Positions 1 to 10,466 of a stretch of 32,610 nucleotides of DNA are shown here, in pieces. Origin of the DNA: a virus (taxonomy: Duplodnaviria; Caudoviricetes); the IMG/VR virus record IMGVR_UViG_3300049859_000114, positions 1 through 32,610 of that record, one strand, 5' to 3'. The notes beneath the pieces were generated by a model. The model was not told where the DNA came from, searched no databases, and saw nothing but the letters and a program-made list of their open reading frames with translations. Both the position numbers and the translations under genes were made by a program. Within the stretch, counting starts at the first letter, position 1. The number at the start of each line of letters is the position of its first letter.

Positions 1-129
1 CACCTGGAGGTACACGTCCTCGACCTGTTGCAGACCTTGGAGCGTCGGATGATCGTCGGGCAGCCGCGTGGCACCACGCCCCGCCCGGTCGGGCCGCCAG
101 CGATGAAGGCGAAGAAGAAGGCCCGGTGA
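1..129 (+). CDS. 3' end of a hypothetical phage protein (partial)
   Basis: Frame 1 is open from base 1 (HLEVHVLDLLQTLERRMIVG...KAKKKAR*); its TGA overlaps the GTG start of the next gene (GTGA). Confidence 0.65.
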   Translation, partial: HLEVHVLDLLQTLERRMIVGQPRGTTPRPVGPPAMKAKKKAR

Positions 130-3100
130 GTACCGGCGACGACCTGCGCGCCTGGCGCGAGGCGCGCGGCATCGCGACGCACATCACCCGCCTCTCCGAG
201 CGCGTCGACGCGGAGCAGGTGGCGACGACGATGGGCCGGGCCTACGCCGCCAACCCGAACTTCAACCCGGAGGCGATCGCCGCCATCGCCCTCGCAGGCG
301 GCACCGAGGACTTGCTCCAGCGCCTCGGCGGCGTCGTCACGAACGACATGGTGACGTCGAACATCCCCACCTCCCCCGAGCCCGCGGAGCTGGAGCAGAG
401 CGACGGCGGCTGGATGGCCGACGTCATGGGCGCCATCCGTGAAGGCCCGATCGGCGACGCCCTCGCCCCGGTCGCCCGGGTCATCGAGAGCCACGGCGGC
501 GAACGCCTCGGCGACCTCCTCAACAACGTCGGCGTCCTGCCGGCCGTCAGGGGGGCGTCGCGCTACACCTTCGCCGCCCTCGACACCTACACGCAGATGG
601 CGCAGAACAACGGCTCCGACATCTGGCGTGGGGGCCCGGGCGAGCTCGCCGCTCGCGCCTTCACCCCCTACGCGCTGTTCAAGACGTTCGAGGACAACGA
701 CCTCATGGACGGCACCACCGCCTCGACCATCTACCAGCAGGTCGCCGAGGACGGCCGCATCGACATGGGCTCCGGCTGGTTCCCCGGTGGCACGGTGTTC
801 ACCGAGCAGGCCGCCGCAGCCGCCCAGCGCCGAGGCACGGTCAACGGCCACGCCTGGACGTTCGGCCGTGCGGCCGCGCAGCTCGGCGTCGACGCCAACA
901 TCTACGACAACGAATCCCGCTGGTACTCCGTCGTCTCCGGCGCGATCGACGGCACCATCGCCATCGCCTCCGACCCGTCGAACTACCTGCCCGGTGTCGG
1001 CTGGAGCGACGAGCTCGTCAAGGGCCTCCGCGGCGGCACCGTCACCCGTCTCGTCGACGCCCTCCACGGCGAGGGGTCGAGGGGGCTGCGGGAGTTCGCC
1101 GAGGCGACCGAGCTCGCCAACCGCTTCGACGAGGCCGGCGACATCGCCCGGGCCACGCTCCACCGCGAGCGCGCCCTGCGTGCCATCGGCGTCGACGCCG
1201 AGCTGCGCGGCGTCGCCGACGAGGACGCTGTCGTTAGGGACTGGCTCAACACGAACGCGGGCGTCATCACCGAGAACGGCCGCCGGATCGTGCTGGCCCC
1301 CGAGTTCGTCAGGTTCATGTCGCGCAAGCAGGGCCGGCGCCTCGTCGACTACCTCGCCACCAAGACGACAACCACCGCCGACGTCGCCCGGGTCCACGGC
1401 GGCACTCGCAACATCGGGCCGATCCTCGCCCGCGAGCTCGCCCAAGCCACCAGCCCGGAGGAGGTGCTCGACGCCTACGCCCGGGCGATGGCGCACCCGA
1501 CCGAGGAGATGGCTCGGGCGCTCAAGCGGATGCCGCACATGCCGGCGTTCTTCGTGGAGGACGCGAAGCTGTGGACGGTCCGCAACATCAGCTCCCACAC
1601 CCGCTGGGGCCACCTGCTGCCCGAAGGCACCGACCTGCCGAGCACCGACCCGTACCGCTTCTGGAACAACCTGGAGCGGATGTTCGACAACATGCCGATG
1701 TCGGACTCGTTCACGCACGGCCGGTACGACCAGGGGCTCAAGGACGACATGCTCAACAAGGCCGCCGAAGCCCTCGCTTCGTCGGACCCGACCGACCTGT
1801 ACAACTTCTACAACGAGCTGGCGTCGACGTTCGCCGACCGCTTCGTCGAGATGGGGTTCAGCCGCAAGCAGGCCCGCGAGGCGACGCACTTCCAGAAGTG
1901 GTCGACGGACATGGGCAACTTCCTGATGAAAGACCTCCAGGCCGGCGTCCCGATCATCGACGGCACGCCGGGCAGCGTCCCCGCCCTCGTCGTCCAGATG
2001 CTCAACCACGGGGCGACCGTCATTGATCCGAAGTCCTACATGGACATCCTCCACCACTCCGGGCGGGTGCGGAACACGCTGCGCCGAGCCGCGGTCGAGG
2101 AGGCCGGGCTCGACGTGCGCATCGCCGCCAAGGGGATGCTCACGACCGTCGACGGCGTCCAGGCCGCCGCCGAGTGGGTGCTTGCCAGGTGGCGCCCCGT
2201 CGCGATCATGCGCATCGCCTACCTGACCCGGGTGATCCCCGACGAGATCGCCCGTGTCTCCACGTCCGGGGTGATGGGCGGGAACTTCGGGCTTCTCAGC
2301 CTGTTCGGCGCTCTCGCCCACAAGGGCGGCCGGGCGAACCTCGACGCCGCCGGCCGCCGCTTCTCCGTCAAGCTCGACGACATCAGCAACGCCGAGGCCC
2401 GGCTCACCAACGTCCTCGACGAGATCGCCCAGGAGTCGATCGCCGGGGCCCACCCGCAGCGCCTCCACGATCTGAACCAGACCCGCGACATGATCGAGAA
2501 CGAGCTCGACGCCTTGCACATGGAAGCCGCCCGCATGGAGGTGGGCTACAACAAGGCCCTCGTCGGGCGTGACGCCACCGCCACCTTCACCAAGGACCCG
2601 GGGCAGGGGTTCCGCAGCGGGCAGTACGACATGGCGACCCGGGCGAACACGGAGATGCGCGACAAGTACCTCGACGGCCTCCACGACCGCTTCTCGTTCT
2701 ACTCCGGCGACCCGCTCGTCCAGGTGATCGCCCGGCGCAACATCGGCAACCAGGCCAAGGTGACGATCGACGGCGTCAACGACACGCTGGCCGCCCACGT
2801 CGCCGCCGGCCGCCTGACCGACGACCTGGAGGAGAAGATCACCCACTGGCTGCTCACCGGCCAGGGGCACAACCTGGCCGAGATGCGCCAGCACGCCTAC
2901 GCCGCCAAGGGCCTCGTGTGGGACGCCACCGACTACGACAACGTCAAGGCGTGGGTGCAGGAGATCACCGACGAGGTGGCCTACCTCACCGGAGCGAAAG
3001 GCGTCCGAGACCCCCACTCGTTCACCTACATGCGCGACCAGTGGGACGAGTTCCTCGACGGCGCCGACGACGACCTGCTCGGCGTGCTCGCCTTCGGCAA

Positions 3101-5273
3101 GTTCCGGGGCAACGAGGTGCGGCAGTACTCCCGCCGTCACGGGTGGGTCCACAACGAGGAGTTCGACGACCACCTGCGGACGTGGGCGGCCGATGAGTGG
3201 TCGAGGGCGCCGAGCGCGGTGCGGTACAACACCGGCCACTTCCAGGGCTTCAAGCTGACCGACTCCGACGAGCCGCTGCTCCGCCAGGTCGCCAACGCCT
3301 TCTTCGGCGCCATCTACGGCCGGGGTTCCGACTACCTCGCCCGCAGCCCAACGTTCCGGTACGCCTACTGGCGGAAGATGACCCACCTCATCTCCGCCAT
3401 CGACCCGATCGACGTCGAGACGGTCGTCGCCCGAGCGCAGAAGGCCGGGCTCCCCGACAGCATGGTCCGCCAGCTTCGAGAGCGTGGCCGCCTTGCGATG
3501 GCCGGCGGGGGCACCCCCTCCACCATCGACGACATCGACGGCATCGCCCGCTCCGCCGCCCTCAGCGACGTGCGGGACCTCCTGTTCGACGCCACGAAGC
3601 GGGGCGCCTTCTTCGACCAGATGCGGCTCATCATGCCGTTCGGCGACGCCTTCAAAGAGGTGTACGAGACCTGGATTCGGCTGATGATCCTGCGGCGTGG
3701 CCGCCCGGCCAAGTCTCTGCTCAAGGGCGTCCGCGGGGCGATGACCGCCGAAGGGCTCGGGCCTGGCGACATCTACGGCTACGACCCGGAGACCGGCGAG
3801 TACAGCGCCTACCCGGACGGCAAGCCGGAGGGCCTGCTGTGGCGGGACCCCCGCAAGGGCGGCCAGTGGATGTTCTCGTACCCGATGTCCGGGGCGATGT
3901 CGAAGCTCGGCCTGTTCGGCGGCGGCGACTACCCGGGGGCGAATATGGTGGCGCCGGCCTCCAGCCTCAACATCGCCGGCTCGCTGTTCCCCGGCCTCGG
4001 CCCTGTCGTCGACCAGTTCGTCGCTGCCAGCCTCCCCGACGACCCGCGCATCGACGGCATCCGCGAGTGGATATTCCCGTTCGGCGAGCCGTCCGAGCCG
4101 GACACTCCCGCCGGCCGCGCCCTCGACGCCCGCTCGCTCATCCCCGGCTGGATCAAGCGGTCGACCGCGGTCATGGCCGACAGCGAGCTCGGCGGCATCC
4201 TCTACAACTTCTTGAACAACGTCGACGGCGACCCGTCGTTCCAGTCCACCCGGGCCCATGTGTTCAAGCAGTACATCTCGATGCTCGGCGGGCGGATGCC
4301 GGGACGCAGCGAGCTCGCCGAGCTCGACGCCGAATCCCGCAAGATCGCCCTTCGCATCCACGCCATGCGCGGCCTCGGCCAGCTCATCGGCCCGGCGTCC
4401 CCGCAGCCGCAGTTCATGGTCGAAGCCTCCGAAGGGAACGTGATCGCCACGATTCTCGCCGAGGAGCTGAACCGCGCCGAGAAGGAAGCCATCGAGAACG
4501 GTGAGAGCCGGGACCAGGCCGTCGTCGACCTGCTGGAGATGTTCGGTCCGCAGGTGTGGGGCTACGTCGCCCCCAACTCGGAGAGCCTCGTTCCCGGCAT
4601 GGAGGCCAGCGACGAGTGGTGGGACTGGTACAGGACGAACACCGAGGCGGTCGAGCAGTACCCGAACGTCGGCGCCTACTTCGGGCCCGTCTCCCCCGCC
4701 AACTCGTTCAGCCTCAAGGCGTACAGCAGCCAGATGGACATGGGTCTGCGCCACACGCAGGACCCCGAAGGCATCTACGACGACGCCGCTCGCACTCTCG
4801 CCTGGACCGCCTACAGCCGCGTGCGTGACGCCATGCCGCCCGAGGATCAGCGGTCCCTCGCCGACTCGGCTGCGCTCGGCGGGTACAAGGCTGCGCTGGA
4901 GACCCACTTCGGCGTTCAGCTGAACGGCGCCGAGCAGAAGAACCTCCGGGCGACGCAGATCAACGAGCTCACCCAGGTCGTCAAGGACGCCATCGCTGGC
5001 GACCCCGTCGCCCGCCAGATGATCGCCTCCTCTGGCGGCACGGCGCTCGTGACCTACATGGAGATGCGCGAGCGGGTCGGCGGGATGGGCGTCAGCATGG
5101 GGCTCACGTCGCGCACCTCCTGGGCGAAGGCCAAGTCCGGGGCTCCGCTGCGTGGCACAATGAGGGCACTGGCTCGTGACCTCTCTGCGACCAGCCCGGA
5201 GTTTGAACGGCTCTACAAGTTCGTGCTGGAGGGCGAGATGGTCGATGACGCGATGGTGGAAGGGGGAGTCTGA
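126..5273 (+). CDS. Very large (1715 aa) probable internal virion / DNA-ejection protein
   Basis: Long ORF with typical high-GC codon pattern and predicted helix-rich composition. Size and position among structural genes of a phage lacking a tape-measure cluster resemble podovirus ejection proteins (T7 gp16-like role); the function is inference. Confidence 0.7.
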   Translation: MSTGDDLRAWREARGIATHITRLSERVDAEQVATTMGRAYAANPNFNPEAIAAIALAGGTEDLLQRLGGVVTNDMVTSNIPTSPEPAELEQSDGGWMADVMGAIREGPIGDALAPVARVIESHGGERLGDLLNNVGVLPAVRGASRYTFAALDTYTQMAQNNGSDIWRGGPGELAARAFTPYALFKTFEDNDLMDGTTASTIYQQVAEDGRIDMGSGWFPGGTVFTEQAAAAAQRRGTVNGHAWTFGRAAAQLGVDANIYDNESRWYSVVSGAIDGTIAIASDPSNYLPGVGWSDELVKGLRGGTVTRLVDALHGEGSRGLREFAEATELANRFDEAGDIARATLHRERALRAIGVDAELRGVADEDAVVRDWLNTNAGVITENGRRIVLAPEFVRFMSRKQGRRLVDYLATKTTTTADVARVHGGTRNIGPILARELAQATSPEEVLDAYARAMAHPTEEMARALKRMPHMPAFFVEDAKLWTVRNISSHTRWGHLLPEGTDLPSTDPYRFWNNLERMFDNMPMSDSFTHGRYDQGLKDDMLNKAAEALASSDPTDLYNFYNELASTFADRFVEMGFSRKQAREATHFQKWSTDMGNFLMKDLQAGVPIIDGTPGSVPALVVQMLNHGATVIDPKSYMDILHHSGRVRNTLRRAAVEEAGLDVRIAAKGMLTTVDGVQAAAEWVLARWRPVAIMRIAYLTRVIPDEIARVSTSGVMGGNFGLLSLFGALAHKGGRANLDAAGRRFSVKLDDISNAEARLTNVLDEIAQESIAGAHPQRLHDLNQTRDMIENELDALHMEAARMEVGYNKALVGRDATATFTKDPGQGFRSGQYDMATRANTEMRDKYLDGLHDRFSFYSGDPLVQVIARRNIGNQAKVTIDGVNDTLAAHVAAGRLTDDLEEKITHWLLTGQGHNLAEMRQHAYAAKGLVWDATDYDNVKAWVQEITDEVAYLTGAKGVRDPHSFTYMRDQWDEFLDGADDDLLGVLAFGKFRGNEVRQYSRRHGWVHNEEFDDHLRTWAADEWSRAPSAVRYNTGHFQGFKLTDSDEPLLRQVANAFFGAIYGRGSDYLARSPTFRYAYWRKMTHLISAIDPIDVETVVARAQKAGLPDSMVRQLRERGRLAMAGGGTPSTIDDIDGIARSAALSDVRDLLFDATKRGAFFDQMRLIMPFGDAFKEVYETWIRLMILRRGRPAKSLLKGVRGAMTAEGLGPGDIYGYDPETGEYSAYPDGKPEGLLWRDPRKGGQWMFSYPMSGAMSKLGLFGGGDYPGANMVAPASSLNIAGSLFPGLGPVVDQFVAASLPDDPRIDGIREWIFPFGEPSEPDTPAGRALDARSLIPGWIKRSTAVMADSELGGILYNFLNNVDGDPSFQSTRAHVFKQYISMLGGRMPGRSELAELDAESRKIALRIHAMRGLGQLIGPASPQPQFMVEASEGNVIATILAEELNRAEKEAIENGESRDQAVVDLLEMFGPQVWGYVAPNSESLVPGMEASDEWWDWYRTNTEAVEQYPNVGAYFGPVSPANSFSLKAYSSQMDMGLRHTQDPEGIYDDAARTLAWTAYSRVRDAMPPEDQRSLADSAALGGYKAALETHFGVQLNGAEQKNLRATQINELTQVVKDAIAGDPVARQMIASSGGTALVTYMEMRERVGGMGVSMGLTSRTSWAKAKSGAPLRGTMRALARDLSATSPEFERLYKFVLEGEMVDDAMVEGGV

Positions 5274-6919
5274 TGGCACCCCGCCCGCCCGTTCTCACCC
5301 AGGCTGAGCTTCGGCGTCAAGGGACCGCCCGCCAGGAGCGCATGGCCGCCCGGACCGCGAAGCTCGAAGCCGAGCGACAGGCGAAGATCGAAGCCGAGCG
5401 CCGTCGTCGACAGGCCGAGGCGAAGGCCGCCGCCAAAGAGCGCAGCGCCCTGGAGGAGCGCCGCCGCAAGAAGCAGGACGCCGAGCGCCGGTCTCGCGAC
5501 GCCGCCGAGCAGCAGCGCAAGCGCGAGCGCGAGCTGGAGCGCGAGCGTCGGGCCGAAGCGGAGCAGAACGCCGACGACCGCCCCCGCCCGCAGTCCGCCT
5601 ATGACCGGGGAGAGGACGGCGACACCCGCGGCATCCGCACGGTCATGGGCGTCACCCCGAGGACCCGGGACCGCACGATCCCGAACGTCGAGCTGGAGGA
5701 TGTGCGTCGCCAGCACGAGCGCGACGCGCAGCCGTGGGAGGAGCCCGGCTCGACGCGGTTCGGCACCCTTGCCCCCGGCGAGCCCGTGCCGGTGCCGCAA
5801 GGACTGGATGATCGGTTCTGGAACACCTACAAAGGCGAGAGCGCCTTCTCCGAGTACAGCCCCGACGCCTTCCGCAACGTCCTCGCCAAAGAGAGCGACA
5901 AGGAATACCACGACGCCCTCACCCGCTACTACGCCGCCCGCGCTGAGGAGCAGGCGGTCGGCAGCCTCATGTATCAGCTCTACTCCAGCGTCCCGCTCGG
6001 CTTCTCCGAGGACGAGTTCTTCCCGGCGTATGCCACCCTCACGCGGCTGAAGGCCGCGGTCGACGAGAACGGGATGCCGACCACCGTCGAGGAGCAGTAC
6101 ACGGTCCCCATCCTCGGCTACAACGAGTACGGGCAGCCTGAATATGGGCCCGAGGGCAAGAAGGCGCCCTACCTCCAGTGGGCCTACGGCAAGCCGATGG
6201 ACCCGATCGAGGACGCGGCGTTCGACAGATACGCGAAGGGGCTCGACCCCAAGACCGTCGACCCTCGCATGTACGGCGCTCAGACCAGCGCCCAGGAGGC
6301 GGGCGGCTACTTCACCGGGCGCGACCAGTACCTCACCGAAGGCCAGGCGCTCGCCGAGCTGTACGCCATGTCCGACGAGGAGCTGGCGGCGACCAAGTTG
6401 CAGATGCAGCAGCTCGTCCTCGGCTACGACGCCGAGGCGGCCGGCCCGCTCACCACCCGCAACATCAACGACTACACCATCGAGGCGTACCTGGAGATGG
6501 TCGGCTACGCCCAGCGCAACGACCAGCACTGGCAGGCGTACGCGAACCAGCAGATCGCCGCCGGGGCGAACGTCAACGCCCTCTACGACAGCGGCGGCGG
6601 CCCCGGCTCGGGCAGCGGCAGCGTCGACACGGTCCGCCTCACCAACCCCGACGACCTGCGGGCGATCGCCAACCAAGTCGCCGTGCAGCGCATCGGTCGC
6701 TGGCTGTCCAACGACGAGCTCGACAAGTTCGTGATGGCGTTCCAGGCGCAGGAGACCGCCTACCAGCAGGCGTACTACGCCAACGCCGCCACCGTCGTCG
6801 AGCCGCCCTCCGCCGAGACGGCGGCCAGCACGTTCATCGACCAGACCCGCACCGAGGACGCCGACGTCTACAAGGTCGGTTCGGCCCTCGATATGTTCCT
6901 AGAGATGATCGGCGGATGA
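5273..6919 (+). CDS. Probable internal virion protein, 548 aa, N-terminal R/E/A-rich coiled coil
   Basis: TGATG coupling to the upstream gene; the first ~100 aa are highly charged (EAERRRRQAEAKAAAKERS...). Function inferred from position. Confidence 0.65.
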   Translation: MAPRPPVLTQAELRRQGTARQERMAARTAKLEAERQAKIEAERRRRQAEAKAAAKERSALEERRRKKQDAERRSRDAAEQQRKRERELERERRAEAEQNADDRPRPQSAYDRGEDGDTRGIRTVMGVTPRTRDRTIPNVELEDVRRQHERDAQPWEEPGSTRFGTLAPGEPVPVPQGLDDRFWNTYKGESAFSEYSPDAFRNVLAKESDKEYHDALTRYYAARAEEQAVGSLMYQLYSSVPLGFSEDEFFPAYATLTRLKAAVDENGMPTTVEEQYTVPILGYNEYGQPEYGPEGKKAPYLQWAYGKPMDPIEDAAFDRYAKGLDPKTVDPRMYGAQTSAQEAGGYFTGRDQYLTEGQALAELYAMSDEELAATKLQMQQLVLGYDAEAAGPLTTRNINDYTIEAYLEMVGYAQRNDQHWQAYANQQIAAGANVNALYDSGGGPGSGSGSVDTVRLTNPDDLRAIANQVAVQRIGRWLSNDELDKFVMAFQAQETAYQQAYYANAATVVEPPSAETAASTFIDQTRTEDADVYKVGSALDMFLEMIGG

Positions 6920-6920
6920 G

Positions 6921-7847
6921 ATGACCGACGTCGTCACCTACCCCGACATCGACGTCAACTCGCCTGAGTGGAAGGCGATCTGGGCGGAGTGGATTCAGCG
7001 CCAGGCGGCCACCGCCTACGGGTGGGCGTCCATCTTCATCAACCACCCGGAGATCGGCCCGCTGCTCATCCGCGCCGCCGAGGAGAACTGGTCCCAGCAG
7101 TACCTGGAGAACGAGATTCGCAAGACGTCGTGGTGGCAGACCACCACAGCGTCGCAGCGGGCATGGGATCAGGCGGCGGCAGCCGATCCAGCATCGAACG
7201 CCGCCGCCGTCGAGCAGGCGATGGACGACGCCCGGGCTGTCGCCTCCCTCCACGGCGGCATCCTGTCCGACGACGTGCTCCGCACCATCGTCACCCGCAG
7301 CCTGCGCGACGGGTGGGACGACCAGCAGCTCTCGGTGGCGATCGCCTCGGAGCTGCTCCGCACCCCGGAAGGCACGGCGCAGATCAGGGCCGGCGTCACC
7401 GGCCGGACCCTGTCCGACATGGCCTACAAGATGGGCGTGCCGATCTCGCAGGCCACCCTCGACTCGTGGGCAGCGAAGATCGCCACGGGCACCATCACCA
7501 TCTACGACTTCGAGAACTGGGTGCGCCAGCAGGCGTCGGGCCTCTACCCGTCGCTCGCCGACGACATCCAGCGTGGGCTCACCGTCAAAGACCTCACCGA
7601 GCCGTACGCCCAGGTGGCCGCTCGCACCCTCGGTCTCACCGCCGAGCAGATCGACTTCACCGACCCCAAGTGGAACATCGCCCTCAACTACACGCCCGAC
7701 GACGGCGTGCGCCGCACCATGAACCTGTTTGAGTGGGCGGACCTGCTTCGCCGTGATCCGACGTACGGCTACGAGTACACGCCGGACGCGCTGGAGAAGG
7801 CGTACAGCATCGCCGACATCATCAGCCGGACCTTCGGGAAGATTTGA
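6921..7847 (+). CDS. Probable internal virion protein, 308 aa
   Basis: ATG 1 nt after the upstream stop; helical, Trp-rich sequence; in the structural operon. Confidence 0.65.
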   Translation: MTDVVTYPDIDVNSPEWKAIWAEWIQRQAATAYGWASIFINHPEIGPLLIRAAEENWSQQYLENEIRKTSWWQTTTASQRAWDQAAAADPASNAAAVEQAMDDARAVASLHGGILSDDVLRTIVTRSLRDGWDDQQLSVAIASELLRTPEGTAQIRAGVTGRTLSDMAYKMGVPISQATLDSWAAKIATGTITIYDFENWVRQQASGLYPSLADDIQRGLTVKDLTEPYAQVAARTLGLTAEQIDFTDPKWNIALNYTPDDGVRRTMNLFEWADLLRRDPTYGYEYTPDALEKAYSIADIISRTFGKI

Positions 7848-7849
7848 GC

Positions 7850-9046
7850 ATGGCGACCACCCCCACTCCTCGCGGCGACATGGTCGTCAACCTCGACGGC
7901 ACCGGCTACGTCGCCTACCCGGACGGCTCCTGGCGGAACCTCGACGCCAACCAAGTCTCGCTGCTCGTGCAGTACCTCGACGCCAACCCGACCGTCACGC
8001 TCGCCTCCGTCGCGCTCGGCAACCTCGACAACTTCTTCGGCCAGCCGACGTGGACCCCGACCTCTCCGCCTGTGCGCCCGTCCGGCAACGTCGTCGGCCC
8101 CAACCCGGTGCCGGCCATCACCCCCGCCTCGACCCCGGCGACGAACGTCCCCCAGAACATCGGCAACACGACCGGCATCACCGGAGGGGCGGCGACGGGC
8201 GTCGGCGTCGACGTCACCGTCCTCAAAGACGAGTCGGCCCGCGACATCATCCGCGCCATCTTGGAGCCGTACGGCCTCGCCGGGCTCACCGACCTCGCCT
8301 TCGAGGAGCTCGTCGCCGGAGAGGTGGTGTCCGAGGCCCGGATCATGGCGAAGATCAGGGCGACCGGCGAGTACCAGGCCCGCTTCGCCGGGAACATGCA
8401 GCGCCTCGCCGAAGGCAAGCCGGTGCTCTCCGAGTCGGAGTACATCCGCATGGAGATGATGTACGCCGGCATCCTCCACTACGCCGCGCTGCCCAGTGGC
8501 TTCTACGACAGCCCCGACGACTTCGACCAGTTCATCGCCAACGACGTGTCGACCGCCGAGCTGTCGGCCCGCATCCAGAACGGCTACATCGCCATGCAGC
8601 AGGCCGACCCCACGGTGCGCGACGCCCTCGCCTCGCTCTACGGGATCACCGAAGGCGAGATGGTCGCCTACATGCTCGACCCGGACGTGGCGCTCCCGCT
8701 CATCGAATCCCAGGTGGCGACGGCCCGCATGGGCGGTGCCGCTACCCGGGCCGGCGTCGGCGTCGCCCTGTCCACCTTGGAGCGCATGGCTGCCCTCGGC
8801 GTGTCCGAGTCGGCGGCGCAGGCCGGCTTCGGTCAGATTTCCGACGAGTCGGGCGAGCTGTACCGCCCGCTCGACTCGACCGAGGAGGAGATCAGCACCG
8901 ACGAGGCGGCGGCCGGGGCGTTCCTCGGTGACGCTGCTGCGGCCCGACGCATCCGCCAGCGCCGTGCGAATCGCCTCGCTGAGTTCTCGGGCGGCGGCCG
9001 GTACGCGACGGCCGGCGGCGAGATCGTCGGCTTGAGGAATGCGTAA
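7850..9046 (+). CDS. Probable internal virion protein, ~398 aa
   Basis: ATG at 7850 (the track uses TTG 7844). Pro/Thr-rich linker followed by a helical region; last of four coupled genes. Confidence 0.65.
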   Translation: MATTPTPRGDMVVNLDGTGYVAYPDGSWRNLDANQVSLLVQYLDANPTVTLASVALGNLDNFFGQPTWTPTSPPVRPSGNVVGPNPVPAITPASTPATNVPQNIGNTTGITGGAATGVGVDVTVLKDESARDIIRAILEPYGLAGLTDLAFEELVAGEVVSEARIMAKIRATGEYQARFAGNMQRLAEGKPVLSESEYIRMEMMYAGILHYAALPSGFYDSPDDFDQFIANDVSTAELSARIQNGYIAMQQADPTVRDALASLYGITEGEMVAYMLDPDVALPLIESQVATARMGGAATRAGVGVALSTLERMAALGVSESAAQAGFGQISDESGELYRPLDSTEEEISTDEAAAGAFLGDAAAARRIRQRRANRLAEFSGGGRYATAGGEIVGLRNA

Positions 9047-9050
9047 GACG

Positions 9051-9075
9051 TAGGATCACCACGACACACAGGAGG
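9051..9075 (+). promoter_or_regulatory. Candidate -10 box (TAGGAT) and strong RBS (GGAGG) for the appendage cassette
   Basis: TAGGAT at 9051-9056 fits the actinobacterial TANNNT consensus in the 34-nt gap; GGAGG lies 5 nt before ATG 9081; no well-spaced -35. Confidence 0.4.
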
Positions 9076-9080
9076 GCGAC

Positions 9081-9692
9081 ATGCCTCTGAACGCTGCTGG
9101 GCGCAACGCCCTTCTCGACTCCGGCAAGGCCGCCTACACCCACGTCGGCGCCTACACCGACCTCGGCACCACCGAATCCTCGGGAGGCTCGTACGCCCGC
9201 CAGGCGATCACCTGGACCGCCGCGTCGTCGGGCATCACCGACAACAACGCGCAGATCAGCATTCCGATCAACGCCGGCCAGACGATCGTCGCCGTGTCGC
9301 TGCACTCCGCGGTGTCGGCCGGCACGCTGTACGGGTTCTTCCCCTACGGCTCCGCCGGCCAGGTCGTGAAGGGCGTCGGGACGGTCACCGCGTCGACGGA
9401 CACGGTCGCCTCGTTCGCTCACGGGCTGACCACCGATGACCGCATCTTCTTCGCTGCGGTGTCGGGCGAGGCGCTGCCGACCGGCATCTCCGCCACGACG
9501 CTGTACTGGGTGCGCTCGACCGGGCTCACCACCGACGCCTTCACGTTCTCCACCACGCAGGGCGGCGGCGCGGTGAGCATCACGACGGACGGGGAGGTGG
9601 CGTTCTTCAAGACGGTGCCCAACACGTTCGCCTCGTCCGGCAACCTCGTCATCGCCTCGGGTGCGCTCGACCTCGACCTGAACTTCGTGTAG
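9081..9692 (+). CDS. Virion structural / fibre-associated protein, 203 aa
   Basis: Strong RBS; Thr/Gly/Ala-rich beta-type sequence. The N- and C-parts (YARQAITWTAAS...GNLVIASGALDL) flank an inserted HGLTTDDRIFF...LPTG...YWV domain of a kind common in phage tail proteins. Confidence 0.6.
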   Translation: MPLNAAGRNALLDSGKAAYTHVGAYTDLGTTESSGGSYARQAITWTAASSGITDNNAQISIPINAGQTIVAVSLHSAVSAGTLYGFFPYGSAGQVVKGVGTVTASTDTVASFAHGLTTDDRIFFAAVSGEALPTGISATTLYWVRSTGLTTDAFTFSTTQGGGAVSITTDGEVAFFKTVPNTFASSGNLVIASGALDLDLNFV

Positions 9693-9704
9693 TCAGGGCC
9701 CTTC

Positions 9705-10466
9705 GTGGCGATCACGGTCACGTCCCGCGGGGGAACCGTCAAGACGGAGGCGGACGGCAACGCTGTCACCACCCTCGACTCCGCGTCGTTCACCCCGGCG
9801 TCGGGCTCGTTCCTCGTCGTGTTCGGCATGGCCGAGATCAACGACAGCAACTACCCGTCCGATCTCGCGGTCACCGACCGGGACTCGTCATGGTCGATCA
9901 CCGGCCCGGACGGCACCGGCTCCTGGCAGGCGGTGACGCAGACGAACTGGGCTGAGATGACCTGGACGGCCCGCTGCCGGGCGTGGGTCGGCAAGGTCGG
10001 CGCCTCCGCGTCGGGGGTGGTGAGGATCACCCGGTCGCCGACGACATCGTGGGCGAACTCGATGTACCTGTGGGTGGCCGAGGTGGCCGGGATCGCCTCC
10101 ACGAACATCACGAACTACGGGTCGAACGGCAACGTCACCGGGACGACGCTCACGCTCACCCTCGGCTCGTCCCCTGCCGCCTCGTCGCTGGTGATGGGGG
10201 CGATGATCGACACCGGCCTCGACGGGACGATCACGCAGCCGTCCGGCTGGACCGAGATGGGCGAGACAGCGGCCGGCGGCGGCAACGAGTTCTACGTCCA
10301 CATCGAGGCCGCCTACCTGAACGGGTCGAGCGTCCAGGGTCCACAGTGGTCGTCGCTCGCCGGGGACGGCACCGCAGGCGGGATCGTGATGGAACTCACC
10401 CTCGACTCCGGCCCCGCGGCGGCGCCGCTGTTCGCTGTCCCGTCGATGCGGGTGATCCGGCGGTGA
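9705..10466 (+). CDS. Beta-sandwich-like virion appendage protein, 253 aa
   Basis: Ser/Thr/Gly/Trp-rich ORF (TLDSASFTPASGSFLVVF; TITQPSGWTE); GTG start. Confidence 0.6.
   Translation: MAITVTSRGGTVKTEADGNAVTTLDSASFTPASGSFLVVFGMAEINDSNYPSDLAVTDRDSSWSITGPDGTGSWQAVTQTNWAEMTWTARCRAWVGKVGASASGVVRITRSPTTSWANSMYLWVAEVAGIASTNITNYGSNGNVTGTTLTLTLGSSPAASSLVMGAMIDTGLDGTITQPSGWTEMGETAAGGGNEFYVHIEAAYLNGSSVQGPQWSSLAGDGTAGGIVMELTLDSGPAAAPLFAVPSMRVIRR

Noticed and set aside
126-5273. Tape-measure protein or N4-like virion RNA polymerase
   Set aside because: No tape-measure repeat pattern or tail-tube/chaperone context, and no RNA polymerase motifs recognised.
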